DNA of 64,000 nt from an uncultured Candidatus Saccharibacteria bacterium (GCA_964409035.1 CAYPBQ010000004.1:7687-71686); one strand, 5' to 3'. Positions 19,903 through 28,897 are shown, numbered from the stretch's first letter. The notes: generated by a model from the letters alone, not told the origin. A program made the numbers and translations.

Positions 19903-22068
19903 ATGACTATAAAAGATGCACTGCGTTATACGCTTATTGCCGGTACCTTTTTGGTGCCTTTTATTCCGCTTATTGTTAGTGAGTCGATGTTTTTCCCTTA
20001 TATCACTGGGAAGGGATTTTCATTCAGAATACTAGTTGAGGTTCTCTTTGGTGTCTGGGCAGTGCTTGCCATTATGGAGCCGGCGTATCGTCCTAAGTTT
20101 TCATGGCTTCTTGCTTCACTTGCCATGTTTGTGGGGTGGATATTTGTCGCGGATCTATTTAGCCCAAATGTATTTAAGAGCTTCTTTTCAAACTTTGAGC
20201 GAATGGAGGGATGGATCACGCTGTTCCACCTGCTTCTGTACTTTGTGATAACAATAAGCGTACTCACTACCGAACGCTTGTGGTATTGGTTTTGGCATAT
20301 CTCAATCGCGGTTGCTGCGGTGATTGGTATACAGGGCATGCTCGAGATACGAGAATATCTATTTAATGGAGTAGGTGGATCACGTATTGATGTTACTCTT
20401 GGCAATCCTACCTATCTTGCGGTGTACACACTCTTCCATATATTTATTGCAATTCAGTACGCTTTACGAGACGGGCTTAAATGGTTCTACCGTTTGCCAT
20501 ACGGATTCTTTATCCTCTTAATGCTTGTAACGCTCTACTACACTGCAACCCGTGGAGCGATACTAGGATTTTTGGGCGGTATTACTCTCGCGGCGATTAT
20601 TGCAGGATTTCTTTCATCAACAAAGCAGATTCGATATGGCTCAGGGATACTACTTATCACACTTGCGCTTGGTGCGGGGGTATTCTTTATGAACCGCGAC
20701 AGTGCCTTTGTTACGTCCTCACCGGTACTCAATCGTTTCGCTTCTATTTCTCTTACAGACACTACCACCATTTCTCGATTCATGATCTGGAACATGGCGT
20801 ACGAAGGCTTTAAGGAGAGACCGGTGCTTGGGTGGGGGCAAGAGAGTTTCAACTACGTTTTTAACCAGCACTACAATCCGCTCATGTTTAAGCAAGAGCA
20901 GTGGTTTGATAGGGTGCATAACATTTTCCTAGATTGGCTTATTGCAGGAGGTATATTTGGGTTTGTTCTCTATCTGTCTTTGTTCGGAATCGCTCTCTAC
21001 TATCTATGGTTTTCTAAAAAGGGTGACTTCTCTGTAACAGAGAAAGCGGTGTTCACAGGACTACTTGGCGCCTACATGGTGCACAACATCTTTGTGTTTG
21101 ATAACCTCATAAGCTATGTGTTCTTTGTAAGTTTACTTGCATACCTACACGTGCGTAGCACTAAAGATGAGCCAGTGATCTTTGCTGAAAAGAGAGTGAG
21201 CGAACAGACCGTCTATACAATAGTAGCTCCGGCGGTATTTGTGATTACGGTGGTATGTGTATACGCGCTTAATGTTCCAGGTATTCAAACTGCAAAGCTG
21301 CTTATTGATACTTACTCTCCGCAAGAGGGTGGTGTGCTAGTTAATCTTGCAATGTACGAGCAGGCATACGCAAAAAATAGTGTAGGAAAACAAGAGACGG
21401 CTGAGCAAGTAATTCAGGCAGCACTACAGGTAATAAGTGCTGATACAGTGAGTAGCGAAGAGAAGCAGAAGTTTTCTGCTGGTGCGGTCGCAATACTTCA
21501 ATCTGAAATTGATCAGTACCCTGATGATGCGCGACTCCAACTTTTCTTAGGTACATTCCTTAATGGCGCAGGTCAGCCAGGCGAAGCAAGCGAGTCACTA
21601 TTAAGAGCATTAGAGCTTTCTCCAAAGAAGCAGACAATATATTACGAGCTAGGACTTGCAAGTATTAATGGTGGTGACACCAAGAAAGGTGTTGAGTACA
21701 TGAAGGCAGCATTTGACCTTGCTCCTTCAAATGAACAGGCAGCGGTCTTTTATGCAGTTGCGTTAATCTATGACGACAGACTTGCTGAGGCAAAGGCCTT
21801 TCTCACTGAACAGGTGGGTACGCATATACTTGATAACAACACACTCTTAACTAGTTATTACAATGCCAAGGACATGCCATCAGTTGTAGCTATTTGGGAG
21901 CTACGGGCATCAACCGATAATGAATCACTTCTTGGATTAGCTGCAGCATATCTAAATAGTGGAGACAAGAAAAAGGCTCGAGAGACACTAGTAAGAATGC
22001 AGGCAGCGTTTCCTGATAGGGCAGAAGAAATAACCGCGTATCTTGCTGAAGTTGATGCAATGAAGTAA
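19903..22068 (+). CDS. Wzy/O-antigen-ligase-like polytopic membrane protein fused to C-terminal TPR repeats
   Basis: About 12 TM helices with a large periplasmic loop (Wzy_C-like) in the N-terminal 420 aa. The C-terminal 300 aa hold TPR-like helical repeats (LLRALELSPKKQTIYYELGLASINGGDTKKGVEYMKAAFDLAPSNEQAAVFYAVAL...). Confidence 0.55.
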   Translation: MTIKDALRYTLIAGTFLVPFIPLIVSESMFFPYITGKGFSFRILVEVLFGVWAVLAIMEPAYRPKFSWLLASLAMFVGWIFVADLFSPNVFKSFFSNFERMEGWITLFHLLLYFVITISVLTTERLWYWFWHISIAVAAVIGIQGMLEIREYLFNGVGGSRIDVTLGNPTYLAVYTLFHIFIAIQYALRDGLKWFYRLPYGFFILLMLVTLYYTATRGAILGFLGGITLAAIIAGFLSSTKQIRYGSGILLITLALGAGVFFMNRDSAFVTSSPVLNRFASISLTDTTTISRFMIWNMAYEGFKERPVLGWGQESFNYVFNQHYNPLMFKQEQWFDRVHNIFLDWLIAGGIFGFVLYLSLFGIALYYLWFSKKGDFSVTEKAVFTGLLGAYMVHNIFVFDNLISYVFFVSLLAYLHVRSTKDEPVIFAEKRVSEQTVYTIVAPAVFVITVVCVYALNVPGIQTAKLLIDTYSPQEGGVLVNLAMYEQAYAKNSVGKQETAEQVIQAALQVISADTVSSEEKQKFSAGAVAILQSEIDQYPDDARLQLFLGTFLNGAGQPGEASESLLRALELSPKKQTIYYELGLASINGGDTKKGVEYMKAAFDLAPSNEQAAVFYAVALIYDDRLAEAKAFLTEQVGTHILDNNTLLTSYYNAKDMPSVVAIWELRASTDNESLLGLAAAYLNSGDKKKARETLVRMQAAFPDRAEEITAYLAEVDAMK

Positions 22069-22096
22069 TTGACAAAAGATACTTATTTGCTATAAT
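22069..22096 (+). promoter_or_regulatory. Near-consensus sigma70-type promoter: TTGACA - 16 nt - TGCTATAAT (extended -10)
   Basis: TTGACA at 22069-22074 and TGnTATAAT at 22088-22096, read directly from the sequence. Confidence 0.6.
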
Positions 22097-22102
22097 AGTT
22101 TT

Positions 22103-22174
22103 GTGAGTGCCTCGAAAGTTGTGAGGCTTCCAAGAAAATCTACGAAAACGCCCCCTCGGGGGCTTTTTCGTTTT
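22103..22174 (+). ncRNA. Candidate ~70-nt small RNA or attenuator leader: two hairpins, the second a GC stem followed by TTTTTCGTTTT
   Basis: Hairpin 1 is GCCTC-gaaagttgt-GAGGC (22109-22127). Hairpin 2 is GCCCC-ctcg-GGGGC (22150-22163) followed by a T-run, a typical intrinsic terminator about 70 nt downstream of the consensus promoter. Confidence 0.3.
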
Positions 22175-22205
22175 ATGGCTCGCATAGCTAGTAGCTAATA
22201 GACAT

Positions 22206-22505
22206 GTGCGATACACTCTCTTTATGGCGGTTACTCAAAATAATGATGTCCAATTTGATGAGGGAGGGGATGCTAATCCTCTTTTTAATAACCATGGTTC
22301 AGGAATGGTTACTCTTTTGATGCGCTACTCATATGGGCGCATCAGTACACCCTCGCAAGCGTCACTGGTGCTTTTATTGATGAGTGTCTGCTTTATTGTT
22401 GTATCGCTATGGATTGCTTTTGCAAATTCTAAACAAGCAGAGTATGAACCGGTCCCTGTAACGGGAGGGGTGAGTGGTGATGTAAACTGGCCACCAGTAC
22501 GGTAG
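22206..22505 (+). CDS. Hypothetical small membrane protein (99 aa, one TM helix)
   Basis: ORF between the terminator and the pilin gene, with TM segment ASLVLLLMSVCFIVVSLWIAFA. No homology recognised. Confidence 0.3.
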   Translation: MRYTLFMAVTQNNDVQFDEGGDANPLFNNHGSGMVTLLMRYSYGRISTPSQASLVLLLMSVCFIVVSLWIAFANSKQAEYEPVPVTGGVSGDVNWPPVR

Positions 22506-22525
22506 TGGCTATTGCAGACTGATAT

Positions 22526-23104
22526 ATGCGTTCTCAAAAAAACCAAAAAGGATTTACCCTCATCGAGTTACTCGTCGTGATTGCAATTATTGGACTACTC
22601 TCGAGTGTTGTCTTTGCGAGTCTACAATCAGCGCGTGAGAAAGGGAAGATTGCACAGGTAATTAGCAACGTAAAGTCTGTGGTGCTTGCGATTGAGTTGT
22701 ATCGTGATGATATGGGCTTTTATCCACCTGATGTGAGCCGTGGGTGGGATCCTGGAGTTACGAACCCCATGCCATATAACCCTGATACTGGCGCGACAGA
22801 AATACCGGTGTGTAATCATTGCCCAGATAATTGGACCAGTATTGTTGCCGAGAGGTGGAAAGGCCCGTACCTCCCTTCATGGCCAAAGACACCGTGGGGT
22901 GGAACATTCGACTTCAACTATTGGGCAATCGGGTCTACTCGCTATGGATGTGTCCTTCCTCCTGGTGTATATATCGGCGCGCAGCGCGATGTGGCAGATG
23001 TAAACCCAGTGAGTGTTGAAGCTGAACAAATGATGCTTGACCAAGGTTTTGATGGTGACGGGTGCCTTAATGGAGAGGTGCAAATACGTCTCTTCCCCTT
23101 GTAG
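22526..23104 (+). CDS. Type IV pilin/pseudopilin-like protein (class III prepilin signal)
   Basis: MRSQKNQKG|FTLIELLVVIAIIGLLSSVVFASL has the prepilin peptidase motif G-F-T-L-I-E with Glu+5, followed by a Cys-containing variable C-terminal domain. Confidence 0.75.
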   Translation: MRSQKNQKGFTLIELLVVIAIIGLLSSVVFASLQSAREKGKIAQVISNVKSVVLAIELYRDDMGFYPPDVSRGWDPGVTNPMPYNPDTGATEIPVCNHCPDNWTSIVAERWKGPYLPSWPKTPWGGTFDFNYWAIGSTRYGCVLPPGVYIGAQRDVADVNPVSVEAEQMMLDQGFDGDGCLNGEVQIRLFPL

Positions 23105-23134
23105 GGGGCGTGTATTGTCCGTGGTGTATGTGCG

Positions 23135-25567
23135 GTGCTAATATACGCATACATGTTGGGTGTGGCACACATACGGCTCGCCTTTATTTTTCTCCTCAGT
23201 GGACTTGTCTTTTTTGTGCCGGCTACTAGTTTTGCTGCGGGGCTTGAGCTTGTGTCTGTGCGGACGGGTGGCAAGGTAATACATGATGGAGATGTAGTAA
23301 TTCCTGAAGATTTTTTGCAGACAAGTGATTCTTGGCAGTTTGTTGTCTCTTCTGATTCTACGGTGAGATTTCCTGACGGTGGTATTGGTGTTTTTAAGGG
23401 GGTCTTTGGTAATACTGACCCTGCCTATTCTGGTTTTGGATTTAAGGGATGGTCTGCAGGAGAGAGTGTGCCTGTATCAAACAGATTTTTAGCAATGAAA
23501 AATGCGCCATTTGGTACGTATACGGTATTGCTCTCTAAGCCACACCCTTCAATGCTAAATCAGGCATATCAGTGGTTTACCTCAGGAGGAATTAGTGGCG
23601 CAGAGCCCATATACGACACACTCACTTTTACGTATGCCCCAACCCGGATCGAGGAGTGCTGCTCAAATGTATTTTTTATCCCTGGTATCTCAGGGAGTGA
23701 TTTATACGTGCAAGACAGTGACGATCAGCTGTGGCCACCTCAATTATTTGTAGGGAACTATGACTCTTCAGAACTCAGAATGAATAATGACGGTACAAGT
23801 AAAAAGGATATCTACACAAAGGAGGTGATTGCGAGTGCGGGGACGTCGCATTTTTATACGCAGTTTTTCGCGTCGCTTGATGAACTTAGAGAGAGTAGAG
23901 AGATTAATGAGTGGCACGCGCAGCCATATGATTGGCGACTAGATATTGAGACTATTGCTCGTGGAGTAATAAATACAAAGGACGGCGGTACCACAATGGT
24001 AGAAGAACTAGAGCGCCTTGCTGCCACATCACAAACAGGAAAGGTAACCATTGTCGCCCACTCAATGGGAGGGTTGATAGGAAAGCTTCTTATTGATGAG
24101 CTAGTTAGACAAGGCAAAGAGCATCTTGTCGATAAATTTGTAACAGTGGGTACGCCAGAGGCGGGTACACCAAGCGCGGTGGGTACACTTCTTCATGGTC
24201 ATGGACAACGATTTTTCTTCGGGCTTGCTCTTAGCGAACCGTACGCCCGTGAGGCAATACAAAATATGGTGAGCGCGCACGTACTTCTTCCGTCGCGTGC
24301 ATACTTTACTAATGGAGGGGCAAGTACAGTGCAGATACTTCCACATAATCAGAAACTTTCGACATGGAAGTTGGCATATGGTGAGAACATTACTTCGCGA
24401 GAATCACTCGAGACATTTCTGACCGATAGCCACGGACTCAGGAACCTACCTGTATTTGATGACATACAAACACCAACAACGTTGCATCAAGGATTGTTAA
24501 CTCGCGCGCAAAACCTTCATGATGTACTTGATTCTTGGACTGCGCCTGATGATATTGAGGTGACTACTGTGGTGGGGTGGGGTATGCCCACCATTGAGGG
24601 TATTACATATGAAGGGGAGCCACCATCAAATGAAGCTATACGATACAGTCCACAAATTACTTTCGATGGGGATGGTACGGTGGTGGGGGATAGTAGCAAT
24701 AACGTGACATATTATTTTAATATTTTTGGGTTTAATGATGATGAAAAGACGAATTACAGTCATGCAGATATTTTTGAGTCTAGTAAAATTTTTTCATTAA
24801 TAAAAAATATAATTCGAAGTGAAGACTTACCAATTATATTTATAGGTAAAAATAAGCCATTACCCTCCTCTATCCCTAAAAACACCCTCATAGGTGTCCA
24901 TTCACCAATATCTATTGCTGCGACAAATAACAGTGGGCAATATGTTGGCAAACATATCCATACTTCCGAGGTTGTTTCTTATATAGAAGATATTCCAAAT
25001 AGTGCCTATCTTGAAGTGGGGGACGCTAAGTATGTGGTACTTCCAACTGGCGAGGAATACCACCTAGAGTTAAGTGGTACAGGAAGTGGTACTTTTTCAC
25101 TATCATTTGATGCTGTTACTGAAGCTGGGGTGGTAAAGGGAAAAAACTACCCAGACATCCCCATATCTATAAATACTGATGCCAAGGTAACTATCGCCCC
25201 TGATGGCACCCTTACTTCATTTTTGGTGGATACTGAAGGTGATGGAAATTATGAAAAAGATATACTCGCAAGTATACCCACGCCAAATGAGGGGCATCGT
25301 GACCCAGAAGCTATCATGGCAGATATAACCGCTATGGCACCCACACTCCCTATATCACGCTACTATCAGATGGTATTTTTGCACAAGCTTTACTACGCAC
25401 GGCGATACATTGCCATGAATAGGCCGTATACCGCATCTATAGTTATTAATGGTGGATACAAGATAATGAAAAAGCGCACCATGGGAACATGGGCAAGTCC
25501 TGAGATGAATGCATTTAGAGGACTGTATAAAGAGCTTTATGAAAGTTTAAGAAGTAGGATAAAATAA
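23135..25567 (+). CDS. Large secreted alpha/beta-hydrolase (lipase/LCAT/PGAP1-like) protein with signal peptide
   Basis: N-terminal signal/TM (LAFIFLLSGLVFFVPATSFA). FFIPGISGSDLY and VTIVAHSMGGLIGKLLIDELV (GxSxG nucleophile elbow) are typical of the lipase class-2/PGAP1 family. Long C-terminal beta-rich extension. Confidence 0.55.
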   Translation: MLIYAYMLGVAHIRLAFIFLLSGLVFFVPATSFAAGLELVSVRTGGKVIHDGDVVIPEDFLQTSDSWQFVVSSDSTVRFPDGGIGVFKGVFGNTDPAYSGFGFKGWSAGESVPVSNRFLAMKNAPFGTYTVLLSKPHPSMLNQAYQWFTSGGISGAEPIYDTLTFTYAPTRIEECCSNVFFIPGISGSDLYVQDSDDQLWPPQLFVGNYDSSELRMNNDGTSKKDIYTKEVIASAGTSHFYTQFFASLDELRESREINEWHAQPYDWRLDIETIARGVINTKDGGTTMVEELERLAATSQTGKVTIVAHSMGGLIGKLLIDELVRQGKEHLVDKFVTVGTPEAGTPSAVGTLLHGHGQRFFFGLALSEPYAREAIQNMVSAHVLLPSRAYFTNGGASTVQILPHNQKLSTWKLAYGENITSRESLETFLTDSHGLRNLPVFDDIQTPTTLHQGLLTRAQNLHDVLDSWTAPDDIEVTTVVGWGMPTIEGITYEGEPPSNEAIRYSPQITFDGDGTVVGDSSNNVTYYFNIFGFNDDEKTNYSHADIFESSKIFSLIKNIIRSEDLPIIFIGKNKPLPSSIPKNTLIGVHSPISIAATNNSGQYVGKHIHTSEVVSYIEDIPNSAYLEVGDAKYVVLPTGEEYHLELSGTGSGTFSLSFDAVTEAGVVKGKNYPDIPISINTDAKVTIAPDGTLTSFLVDTEGDGNYEKDILASIPTPNEGHRDPEAIMADITAMAPTLPISRYYQMVFLHKLYYARRYIAMNRPYTASIVINGGYKIMKKRTMGTWASPEMNAFRGLYKELYESLRSRIK

Positions 25568-25705
25568 TAGTATGGACAATCTGATACAAAAAATAGCATT
25601 CATGGTGGTAGGAGCAGTGCTTTTATTTACTAGCTATGTGTTGTGGAGTCCTGGGACGTTTGGGTTGTGTGAGGAGCCAGTTAGGCTCGTTGAGCATAAT
25701 ATTTT
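25560..25705 (+). repeat. 146-bp perfect direct repeat, copy 1 (RBS region + first 45 codons of paralog A); copy 2 at 26072-26217
   Basis: Base-by-base comparison: identical from 11 nt upstream of the ATG through codon 45, with divergence beginning at 25706 versus 26218. Confidence 0.8.
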
Positions 25706-26033
25706 CGGCACAGTTGAGAGGTGTGAAATTGGATTTAACATAGATTCAAGTATTAAAATAATTCTTGAATACATCGGACTGGTATTTGTGGTAGCAAGTT
25801 CGTTTTCTTTTTTTCTAAATTTTTCCCAATTTAAGGTCTTCATTAGCTCGTTTTTTATTGGGTTAATGCTTGTATTGTCTTTTATTTTCTTTTTCCCGGA
25901 TTTCGATGTTATGTACGGGGCTACTTATGACGTGAAGGATCGCTCGGCATCAGGTGCCTTAGTTTTGGCTATCTACACAGTTATTGTTTATTTGCATGCT
26001 CTAATAAGGGCAAAAACTCGTGATTTAAAGTAA
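25572..26033 (+). CDS. Small polytopic membrane protein, paralog A
   Basis: 153 aa with 4 predicted TM helices. First 45 codons are identical at nucleotide level to the next gene. Confidence 0.5.
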   Translation: MDNLIQKIAFMVVGAVLLFTSYVLWSPGTFGLCEEPVRLVEHNIFGTVERCEIGFNIDSSIKIILEYIGLVFVVASSFSFFLNFSQFKVFISSFFIGLMLVLSFIFFFPDFDVMYGATYDVKDRSASGALVLAIYTVIVYLHALIRAKTRDLK

Positions 26034-26071
26034 GTGTTCACTTGTGTCCATGCAACTTTTACATTGAAAAG

Positions 26072-26217
26072 TAAAATAATAGTATGGACAATCTGATACA
26101 AAAAATAGCATTCATGGTGGTAGGAGCAGTGCTTTTATTTACTAGCTATGTGTTGTGGAGTCCTGGGACGTTTGGGTTGTGTGAGGAGCCAGTTAGGCTC
26201 GTTGAGCATAATATTTT
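26072..26217 (+). repeat. 146-bp perfect direct repeat, copy 2 (5' end of paralog B)
   Basis: See copy 1. Confidence 0.8.
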
Positions 26218-26548
26218 TGGTCAAATTGAAAGATGTACTCTGATATCAGCATCCGAGGTGCACAAATTTGCTGGAGTTGCTGAAAATATTGCTTTCATCA
26301 TAATAATATTTTTTACTTTCTCTTTCCTTTTCAACTCAACGCAATTTAGAATTTTTAGAAATCTATTTTTGATTGGATTAGTTGCAACTATATTATTTAT
26401 ATACTTCTTCCCAAATTTTGATGTTGCATTTGGTTCAACATTTGAAATAACACACCGAACAAGGGTGGGTTCATATGCGCTTGCGGTATATTCTGCAGTT
26501 GGATACATATATGCCCTTATAAAAGGAAGAGCTCAAAAAGCGAGTTAA
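26084..26548 (+). CDS. Small polytopic membrane protein, paralog B
   Basis: 154 aa. N-terminal 46 aa identical to paralog A, the remainder about 30% identical with the same hydropathy pattern. Confidence 0.5.
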   Translation: MDNLIQKIAFMVVGAVLLFTSYVLWSPGTFGLCEEPVRLVEHNIFGQIERCTLISASEVHKFAGVAENIAFIIIIFFTFSFLFNSTQFRIFRNLFLIGLVATILFIYFFPNFDVAFGSTFEITHRTRVGSYALAVYSAVGYIYALIKGRAQKAS

Positions 26549-26949
26549 CGCTTTCTGAGCTCAAGTAGCACCGCCTCACCTTCGTAAACTTCAATAGGTG
26601 TTACCAACAATAGAGATTCTCTAACTACTCTATCAGTGCAACCGCTATCAACTAGTTGTTGCAATGCATCACAATTTGCTCTCAAGTTTTGGTGTAATTT
26701 TACCAAATGCTCTAATATTCTTTGTCGTAATACGATACGAATAGCAGCACAAATTTGTGGAGTCTTACAACACATAGTGAGCCATTTGTGCCAGGCATCG
26801 TCCAGTGCCTCAGCTCCGCTTATCTTGCTTCCGATACTGGATATTATTGTTCTAGAATCCCCCTTCTTAGCAGCAGTAATTTCATTCTCGAGTATGCTAT
26901 TCATTGCAATGAGTTTCTGAAAGAGTGTAAGCGCAATTTCCTCACTCAT
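26545..26949 (-). CDS. Hypothetical protein (134 aa), helical, Cys-containing
   Basis: Open frame only. Its end overlaps paralog B convergently by 4 nt. Confidence 0.3.
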   Translation of the reverse strand: MSEEIALTLFQKLIAMNSILENEITAAKKGDSRTIISSIGSKISGAEALDDAWHKWLTMCCKTPQICAAIRIVLRQRILEHLVKLHQNLRANCDALQQLVDSGCTDRVVRESLLLVTPIEVYEGEAVLLELRKR

Positions 26950-27082
26950 CGCAACCCCCAGTTATTAGACCCAACACAGATTACCTGATTTTTTGAAATT
27001 TAGAAGAGGTGAATTGTTGGCTTGCGTGCTTTTAAAAAAGTGGTTCACTTGAGGTAGCATCCCCTAACAGTGGAGGGTTCCC

Positions 27083-27301
27083 ATGCCTGCTACTGCAGTT
27101 CATACAGTTATCAAGCGCCATGCCCAACTTGAGTTTGAAGCTGCAAACAGCAATGTATCCCAAACTCCGCCGGTATACATGAATCATCCCGGTACGTACT
27201 GCATTATTGAGTATTATATTAATCTCTGGCGTACTGCACTCGGTCTTGCGAGTATTTTCAATCGCCATCTTGAACAAATAGGAAAAACATGGCGTATCTG
27301 A
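27083..27301 (+). CDS. Candidate small protein (72 aa) with SD GGAGGG 5 nt upstream and a strong terminator immediately downstream
   Basis: GGAGGG-ttccc-ATG at 27083. The stop at 27301 is followed by the hairpin at 27307-27338. Confidence 0.3.
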   Translation: MPATAVHTVIKRHAQLEFEAANSNVSQTPPVYMNHPGTYCIIEYYINLWRTALGLASIFNRHLEQIGKTWRI

Positions 27302-27306
27302 AATTG

Positions 27307-27338
27307 GGCCAGAAGTAGTACACGTACTACTTCTGGCC
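27307..27338 (+). terminator. Intrinsic terminator: perfect 14-bp stem GGCCAGAAGTAGTAC-acg-GTACTACTTCTGGCC followed by a T-rich tract
   Basis: Perfect inverted repeat read from the sequence, followed by TCCTTGCTTTTTGG. Confidence 0.6.
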
Positions 27339-27497
27339 TCCTTGCTTTTTGGATAGTAATAATCCTTGATAACATTTGGTTGCAACTTTACTCATATCCG
27401 TTACTATAGATACGTTCTTAACAGGTACGGGGGGCGGTGGCACTCACATAGATTTTCACTTGGAGCTCGCTCCCGCTCCCCATATCTTTTCGGAACT

Positions 27498-28526
27498 ATG
27501 GACTTGAGAGAATACATATCACTTAGAGAATACTCTACATTTAAGACAGGCGGCAACGCCCGCTTTTTTGTTTCTGCTACTAGTATTGATGTGGTGCGTG
27601 AGGCAGTTGCATTTGCGAACTCCAAATCACTTCCATGGATCCTTCTCTCTGGGGGTTCAAATGTGCTGTTCGATGACAAAGGATTTGATGGGTTGGTCAT
27701 TCATATACAAATAAAGGGTATACATCTTGAACAAGGTGTAGGTGATACCGTTTTGCTCCATGCGGGTGCTGCCGAAGAGTGGGATTCTCTTGTTGTATAT
27801 GCGGTCGATCACGATTTGTGGGGATTAGAAAATCTCTCCGGTATACCTGGATACGTTGGTGCATCACTCGTACAAAATATTGGTGCGTATGGAGCAGAAG
27901 TTAAAGATGTATTTATGTGCGCGCATGTACTCGACACCAAACTAAATGAAGTGCGTACTGTAACCATAAAGGATGCTGACTTTGGTTATCGTCATAGTAT
28001 GTTTCAGCATAACGAGCATCTAGTTATCACTCATGTTACTTTCAAACTCTCTACTGTAGGTACACCACAACTCTCATATAAAGACCTTGCGCAGAGTGTG
28101 CTCACTGCACAATCTTCTGCGCGTGAGGTGCGAGATACAGTGCTAACGATACGGGCCAACAAGTTTCCACCGCTTACCATCTATGGCACTGCGGGGTCAT
28201 TTTTCAAAAACCCTCATATTACCCACGAGGCGTATGCTCACCTTAGAGAGCGGTACCCCCTAATTCCTGGCTATATAGAAGGGGATTTAGTAAAGGTACC
28301 TCTTGCCTGGATATTGGACAATGTACTAAATTTGAAAGGATACAAGCAAGGACATGCATCGTTATACGAACGACAGCCGCTTGTTATGGTTGCAGATGTT
28401 GGCGCGACAACACATGAAGTGCTCACACTTGCTGATGACATAATTAAAAAAGTTTTTGATGTTACTGCAATCACCATCACACCAGAGGTAACTATCATCA
28501 CTACATCGCATAAGAAAAAATTTTAA
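27498..28526 (+). CDS. murB: UDP-N-acetylenolpyruvoylglucosamine reductase (MurB)
   Basis: FAD-binding PCMH domain (TFKTGGNARFFVSATSIDVVREAVAFANSKSLPWILLSGGSNVLF) and C-terminal AGSFFKNP (MurB GSxFKNP substrate motif). ATG at 27498 chosen, because the upstream ~44 codons of the track ORF lack similarity. Confidence 0.7.
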   Translation: MDLREYISLREYSTFKTGGNARFFVSATSIDVVREAVAFANSKSLPWILLSGGSNVLFDDKGFDGLVIHIQIKGIHLEQGVGDTVLLHAGAAEEWDSLVVYAVDHDLWGLENLSGIPGYVGASLVQNIGAYGAEVKDVFMCAHVLDTKLNEVRTVTIKDADFGYRHSMFQHNEHLVITHVTFKLSTVGTPQLSYKDLAQSVLTAQSSAREVRDTVLTIRANKFPPLTIYGTAGSFFKNPHITHEAYAHLRERYPLIPGYIEGDLVKVPLAWILDNVLNLKGYKQGHASLYERQPLVMVADVGATTHEVLTLADDIIKKVFDVTAITITPEVTIITTSHKKKF

Positions 28527-28595
28527 TACATGACACTGCGTGCAAAATTTTTTGTAACAAGGTGTACATAAAAAATTTGTTAAAAAAAGTTATCC

Positions 28596-28683
28596 ACACA
28601 AATTGTGTAAATATTATTGTTAGTTACATTGTTGTGCATGATAATTATAACGAGCAGCGATACTATGTAACACAATGTGTTAC
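28596..28683 (+). promoter_or_regulatory. AT-rich upstream region with two inverted repeats sharing ACACA/TGTGT half-sites (ACACAA-a-TTGTGT at 28596-28608; GTAACACA-a-TGTGTTAC at 28667-28683)
   Basis: Inverted repeats read directly from the sequence. They lie 50-140 nt upstream of the lysine-rich small gene. Confidence 0.35.
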
Positions 28684-28732
28684 TGGTCGGATATCGTTCG
28701 CCTTTAATTGGTAAATTTGCATAAAAAAAATC

Positions 28733-28849
28733 ATGCCAGCAAAAAAGAAGCGAGTAGCTAAGAAAGCTACAAAGAAGGTAGCAAAGAAGCGAGTAGCTAA
28801 GAAAGCTACAAAGAAGGTAGCAAAGAAGGCAGCACGCCGCCGCCGATAA
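28733..28849 (+). CDS. Lysine/arginine-rich 38-aa basic protein (histone H1/Hc-like, KKAxKK repeats); missing from the ORF track because it is under 60 aa
   Basis: Translation: MPAKKKRVAKKATKKVAKKRVAKKATKKVAKKAARRRR*. It contains a perfect 39-bp tandem duplication (28747-28785 / 28786-28824). An A-rich tract precedes the ATG and a terminator hairpin lies at 28871-28897. Confidence 0.6.
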   Translation: MPAKKKRVAKKATKKVAKKRVAKKATKKVAKKAARRRR

Positions 28850-28870
28850 CTCTACTCTCTTGTAGAAAAC

Positions 28871-28897
28871 AAAACCCCCACAAGGGGTTTTGTTTTT
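28871..28897 (+). terminator. Intrinsic terminator AAAACCCC-caca-GGGGTTTT + TGTTTTTTG
   Basis: Read from the sequence, 22 nt after the stop of the lysine-rich ORF. Confidence 0.6.

Noticed and set aside
27032-27385. 117-aa - strand ORF overlapping the small + strand unit and the murB upstream region
   Set aside because: It overlaps the murB start and runs through the + strand terminator hairpin, with no SD or domain evidence. The + strand SD-ORF-terminator arrangement is more coherent.
28747-28824. CRISPR-like or minisatellite array (39-bp tandem repeat)
   Set aside because: There are only two copies with no spacers, and the repeat is in-frame coding sequence of the lysine-rich small ORF.
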